A DNA stretch of 35,968 nt, taken from assembly GCA_039680575.1 (NCBI GenBank), contig JBDKSP010000082.1:1-35968 (forward strand), given 5' to 3'. The stretch comes from Armatimonadota bacterium (GTDB taxonomy: Bacteria; Armatimonadota; UBA5829; DTLH01). This document shows, one piece after another, positions 35,828-35,968 of the stretch. The position numbers were made by a program, and so were the translations under genes. Under the pieces are notes generated by a model. The model was not told the DNA's origin and searched no databases. It saw only the letters and a list, made by a program, of their open reading frames with translations. Position 1 is the first letter of the stretch. Each line of letters begins with the position of its first letter.

Positions 35828-35968
35828 GCGATTAAAAAGTTCCCAAATCCTCCACCAAGTGCGATAGGTGTGCTCTGTTGACCGGATCAGAGTCGTTTTT
35901 CGACGAACAGAGGGTCGATAGCACGACTTTGTGGTCGAGAATCGGCCGGATTTCGGGCCGTTACGCTA

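Noticed and set aside
35830..35968. Possible partial CDS at the right edge
   Set aside because: No frame gives a recognisable product; too short to call

Overview
Chromosomal window from a diderm bacterium with Terrabacteria traits: lptA/lptC and an outer-membrane barrel sit beside csaB/DUF5693 and ytxG/ytxH/KGG-type stress genes. The protein styles suggest Armatimonadota (inference, not tested). No CRISPR array, rRNA or intact mobile element was seen. The left part holds an initiator tRNA-Met with a decayed serine-recombinase tail, two exported cyclophilins, and a general-stress gene block preceded by repeated SigB-type promoters (GTTT-N-GGGTA). An MFS transporter, serA and an RpoD/RpoS-like sigma plus stand-alone LuxR-HTH pair follow; the 0.85-kb region upstream of the sigma gene is dense with motifs. 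A ~14.7-kb minus-strand envelope run comes next: rhomboid, DUF5693, csaB, a beta-barrel with SprA-like inserts, three lipoproteins, a 1039-aa FlgD-Ig-capped secreted pseudo-zincin, lptC, lptA and a His-less PTS Enzyme I-like protein. The right end has corA, a DUF4139 protein, an M23 peptidase, an OB-repeat protein and tRNA-Pro. Best candidates for undescribed biology are a compact T9SS-like export locus, a SigB-type regulon feeding a sigma/LuxR module, and a lux-box-like element shared by two distant intergenic regions. All family calls come from reading motifs by eye; no searches were run.
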